A stretch of 41,357 bases of DNA from Lachnospiraceae bacterium UBA1066. GTDB taxonomy: Bacteria > Bacillota > Clostridia > Lachnospirales > Lachnospiraceae. Numbering within the stretch: the stretch's first letter is position 1; every line of letters begins with the position of its first letter. Made by a program: the position numbers and the translations under genes. The stretch covers positions 1-41,357 of the forward strand of contig DCDB01000107.1 of NCBI GenBank assembly GCA_002316215.1, in the 5' to 3' direction. Positions 39,346-41,357 of this stretch are shown here, one piece after another. Under the pieces are notes generated by a model that did not search any database, was not told the DNA's origin, and saw only the letters and a list, made by a program, of their open reading frames with translations.

Positions 39346-41094
39346 CTAAATCAATGTTTCCCTGCGGATCCCGGATATGTCGGGCACGGCCATCAGGGAA
39401 TAGTTTGTATGATAAATGACAAATCCCGGCTTTCCGCCGTTAGTTTTCTTTAAATTTCTTCTTAAAGTATAATCAATTTCAACCTTTGGCGCCTTGCGCC
39501 CCTTTGAAAACCATGCTGCGAGAGCGCCGGCCTCCTCAAAGGTTCTGTCAGGCACTTCCTTTCCTCCGCAGCGGACAATAACATGGCTGCCGGGAATGCC
39601 CTTTGCGTGGAACCACCAGTCATTTCCCGAAGCATATTTAAAGGTGAGTTCTTCATTTTGAAAATTGTTTTTTCCGACATACATATGGAAACCGTCGGAA
39701 GAAATAAAGGAAAGAGGCCGCGACTTCTCTTCACGGACCTTCCCTTTTTGAATTCCCTTTCTCTGAACGAAACCATATTCCGTCAGCTCGCGGCGGATCT
39801 CTGAAAGATCAGCTTCATTTTCCGCAAGGTCAATAGCCGTAAGGCACGCTTCCAGCTGATCGCGGTCGGCTTTAGAGGCTTCCAGCTGCACACGCGCAGC
39901 TTCTGACGTACGTTTCATTTTATTATAGCGTTCAAAGTAGTGCTGGGCATTCTGGCTGGCCGTAAGCGTGGGATCAAGAGGGATTTCAAGCGGTTCATTT
40001 GTATAATAATTTATTACGGATAGCTTTTTAGCCCCCTCTTCAGCTTCATAGCCATAGGTGTTGAGCATTTCTCCGTATATCCTGTATTTCTCTTTCTTTT
40101 CGGAATCCTGCAGCTGCTTTTCCTGCAATGCGCATTTTTTATTCGTGCGGTCAAGGGCTGTTGCCGTAACATGACGCAAATCCGAAGATTTCTGGCGGAT
40201 GCGAGTCACGGCTTCCTTCTCGGCATAATAGTTCTCGAGGAGAAGGCTCATAGAACTAAAGGGCTTAGAATCCAGGGAACTGTATATTTTAAGCGGATAA
40301 GCCGCATATTCACAGGGCTCGCCTTCTTCATAAACAACGTTCGGTAAAAATCTCCCGTTTTTGATATCATCCATATGGGACGAAAAGACACGGAAAAGAG
40401 CCGCTCTTTCGCTTTGCGTAAGTTCCCTTGCCGTTTTGCGGGGCTCAACTTCTGCTTCGTAAATGAATTCCTGCGAAGCTGCAGGAGACAGCCCCGTGAA
40501 AATGCTGTACAGTGCTTTTACGATATCATAGCTTACGGTATCAATTCTCTCAGAAAAAACATCTTCCTCACACGTAAGGGGATTGACCTTCTCATCCGCA
40601 CCGGGTATAAAGTAAGGACGGCCCGGAAGAACTTCACGCACAGAGCTCATGGACGATGGAACACGCTTGATGCTGTCTAGAATGACATCTTTTTCATCCG
40701 TCAGGATAATATTGCTGTATTTTCCCATAAGTTCTATAATCAGCTTCTTTTCGCACAGGTCGCCGAGCTCGTCATGATGCTGGATACGGAAAATAATGAC
40801 ACGTTCCAGCGAAGGCTGGGTAACGGAAAGAATCTGACCTCCCTGAAGATGTTTCCTAAGGAACATGCAGAAATTCGGTGCGGAAAGGGGAGCCTGTTTA
40901 TTCTCAGACGAAAGATAAATAAGAGGAAGAGAAGCAGAGGCGCTCATAAGGAGGCGGTAAGCCGTCTTATTGCTTTTAATTGTCAGAAGAAGTTCGTCTT
41001 TCTCCGACTGGACAATACGGCTGATTCCTCCGCCGGTGAGTGTTTTATTCAGTTCATATACGACGGCTGCCGTCGTTATTCCGTCAAATGCCAT
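39346..41094 (-). CDS. rqcH: Ribosome quality control factor RqcH (NFACT/FbpA family)
   Basis: MAFDG start after GGAGG SD, FCMFLRKHL, ELMGKYSNIIL, VGKNNFQNE, WFHAKGIPGSHV, KPGFVIY. Confidence 0.93.
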   Translation of the reverse strand: MAFDGITTAAVVYELNKTLTGGGISRIVQSEKDELLLTIKSNKTAYRLLMSASASLPLIYLSSENKQAPLSAPNFCMFLRKHLQGGQILSVTQPSLERVIIFRIQHHDELGDLCEKKLIIELMGKYSNIILTDEKDVILDSIKRVPSSMSSVREVLPGRPYFIPGADEKVNPLTCEEDVFSERIDTVSYDIVKALYSIFTGLSPAASQEFIYEAEVEPRKTARELTQSERAALFRVFSSHMDDIKNGRFLPNVVYEEGEPCEYAAYPLKIYSSLDSKPFSSMSLLLENYYAEKEAVTRIRQKSSDLRHVTATALDRTNKKCALQEKQLQDSEKKEKYRIYGEMLNTYGYEAEEGAKKLSVINYYTNEPLEIPLDPTLTASQNAQHYFERYNKMKRTSEAARVQLEASKADRDQLEACLTAIDLAENEADLSEIRRELTEYGFVQRKGIQKGKVREEKSRPLSFISSDGFHMYVGKNNFQNEELTFKYASGNDWWFHAKGIPGSHVIVRCGGKEVPDRTFEEAGALAAWFSKGRKAPKVEIDYTLRRNLKKTNGGKPGFVIYHTNYSLMAVPDISGIRRETLI

Positions 41095-41137
41095 AAGGGG
41101 AACCTCCGTAAATGTTTTCGGCGTGAATGATGCAGAT

Positions 41138-41187
41138 GTCAAAAAGTTTTTCCTGCAAGCAGGAAACTTTTTGACTTTTGACGCTTG
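41138..41187. repeat. 50-bp palindromic direct repeat, copy 1
   Basis: GTCAAAAAGTTTTTCCTGCAAGCAGGAAACTTTTTGACTTTTGACGCTTG, identical to 41308-41357. Confidence 0.95.
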
Positions 41188-41205
41188 TTCTTTCCATGAT
41201 GCCAC

Positions 41206-41296
41206 GGATTGCTCCATCGCTTCGCGATTCCCGCAATCCTAAAAACATTCGGAATCCGCTCATTTACTTCGCAAATGGCTTCTTCCTCATGTTTTT
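41206..41296 (-). other. Two adjacent long hairpins with GAA terminal loops and purine-only internal loops (minus strand)
   Basis: Hairpin A 41206-41239 GGATTGC-tcc-ATCGC-ttc-GCGAT-tccc-GCAATCC. Hairpin B 41241-41296 AAAAACAT-tc-GGAA-tcc-GC-t-CATTTAC-ttc-GCAAATG-GC-ttc-TTCC-tc-ATGTTTTT. Confidence 0.8.
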
Positions 41297-41307
41297 GCGC
41301 GTCCAGG

Positions 41308-41357
41308 GTCAAAAAGTTTTTCCTGCAAGCAGGAAACTTTTTGACTTTTGACGCTTG
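41308..41357. repeat. 50-bp palindromic direct repeat, copy 2 (runs to window end)
   Basis: Identical to 41138-41187, offset 170 bp. Confidence 0.95.

Noticed and set aside
41095-41217. 41-aa N-terminal extension of RqcH in the ORF track
   Set aside because: It runs through the non-coding repeat; the family-typical MAFDG start at 41094 has a GGAGG SD.
41138-41357. CRISPR repeat-spacer-repeat
   Set aside because: The 120-bp interval is too long, is itself highly structured, and has relatives elsewhere in the window, unlike an acquired spacer. Sequence beyond the edge was not available to check.

Overview
Core chromosomal region of a Firmicute, most likely Clostridia/Lachnospiraceae-like (inferred from gene order and protein style, not from a database search). 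It holds the rnc-smc-ftsY and ylxM-ffh-rpsP-khpA-rimM-trmD-rplS-lepB-ylqF-rnhB-yraN blocks, here separated by about 26 kb. That interval contains ilvA, a large 2-hydroxyacyl-CoA dehydratase activase-like gene, tgt-yajC, leuB-ilvD-ilvB-serA, a degenerate glgB-mscS-rhaS-like trio, four membrane/phosphoesterase/Fe-S genes, tRNA-Thr(CGT) and xdhABC. pgeF and rqcH follow at the right end. No transposase, integrase, phage or cas gene is visible. The most unusual signal is non-coding. A structured element at 41138-41357 has two identical 50-bp palindromic repeats around two long hairpins that read as GAA-triloop, purine-internal-loop stems on the minus strand. Decayed pieces of the same element sit in four other intergenic spacers (11396, 19155, 24282, 38352), suggesting a REP/MITE-like repeat family. 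Other points of interest are three tandem-repeat arrays at gene junctions, a GlgB paralogue missing a catalytic Asp, an orphan sugar-binding lipoprotein and a probably leaderless ylxM with a candidate operator. All alignments and counts were done by eye.
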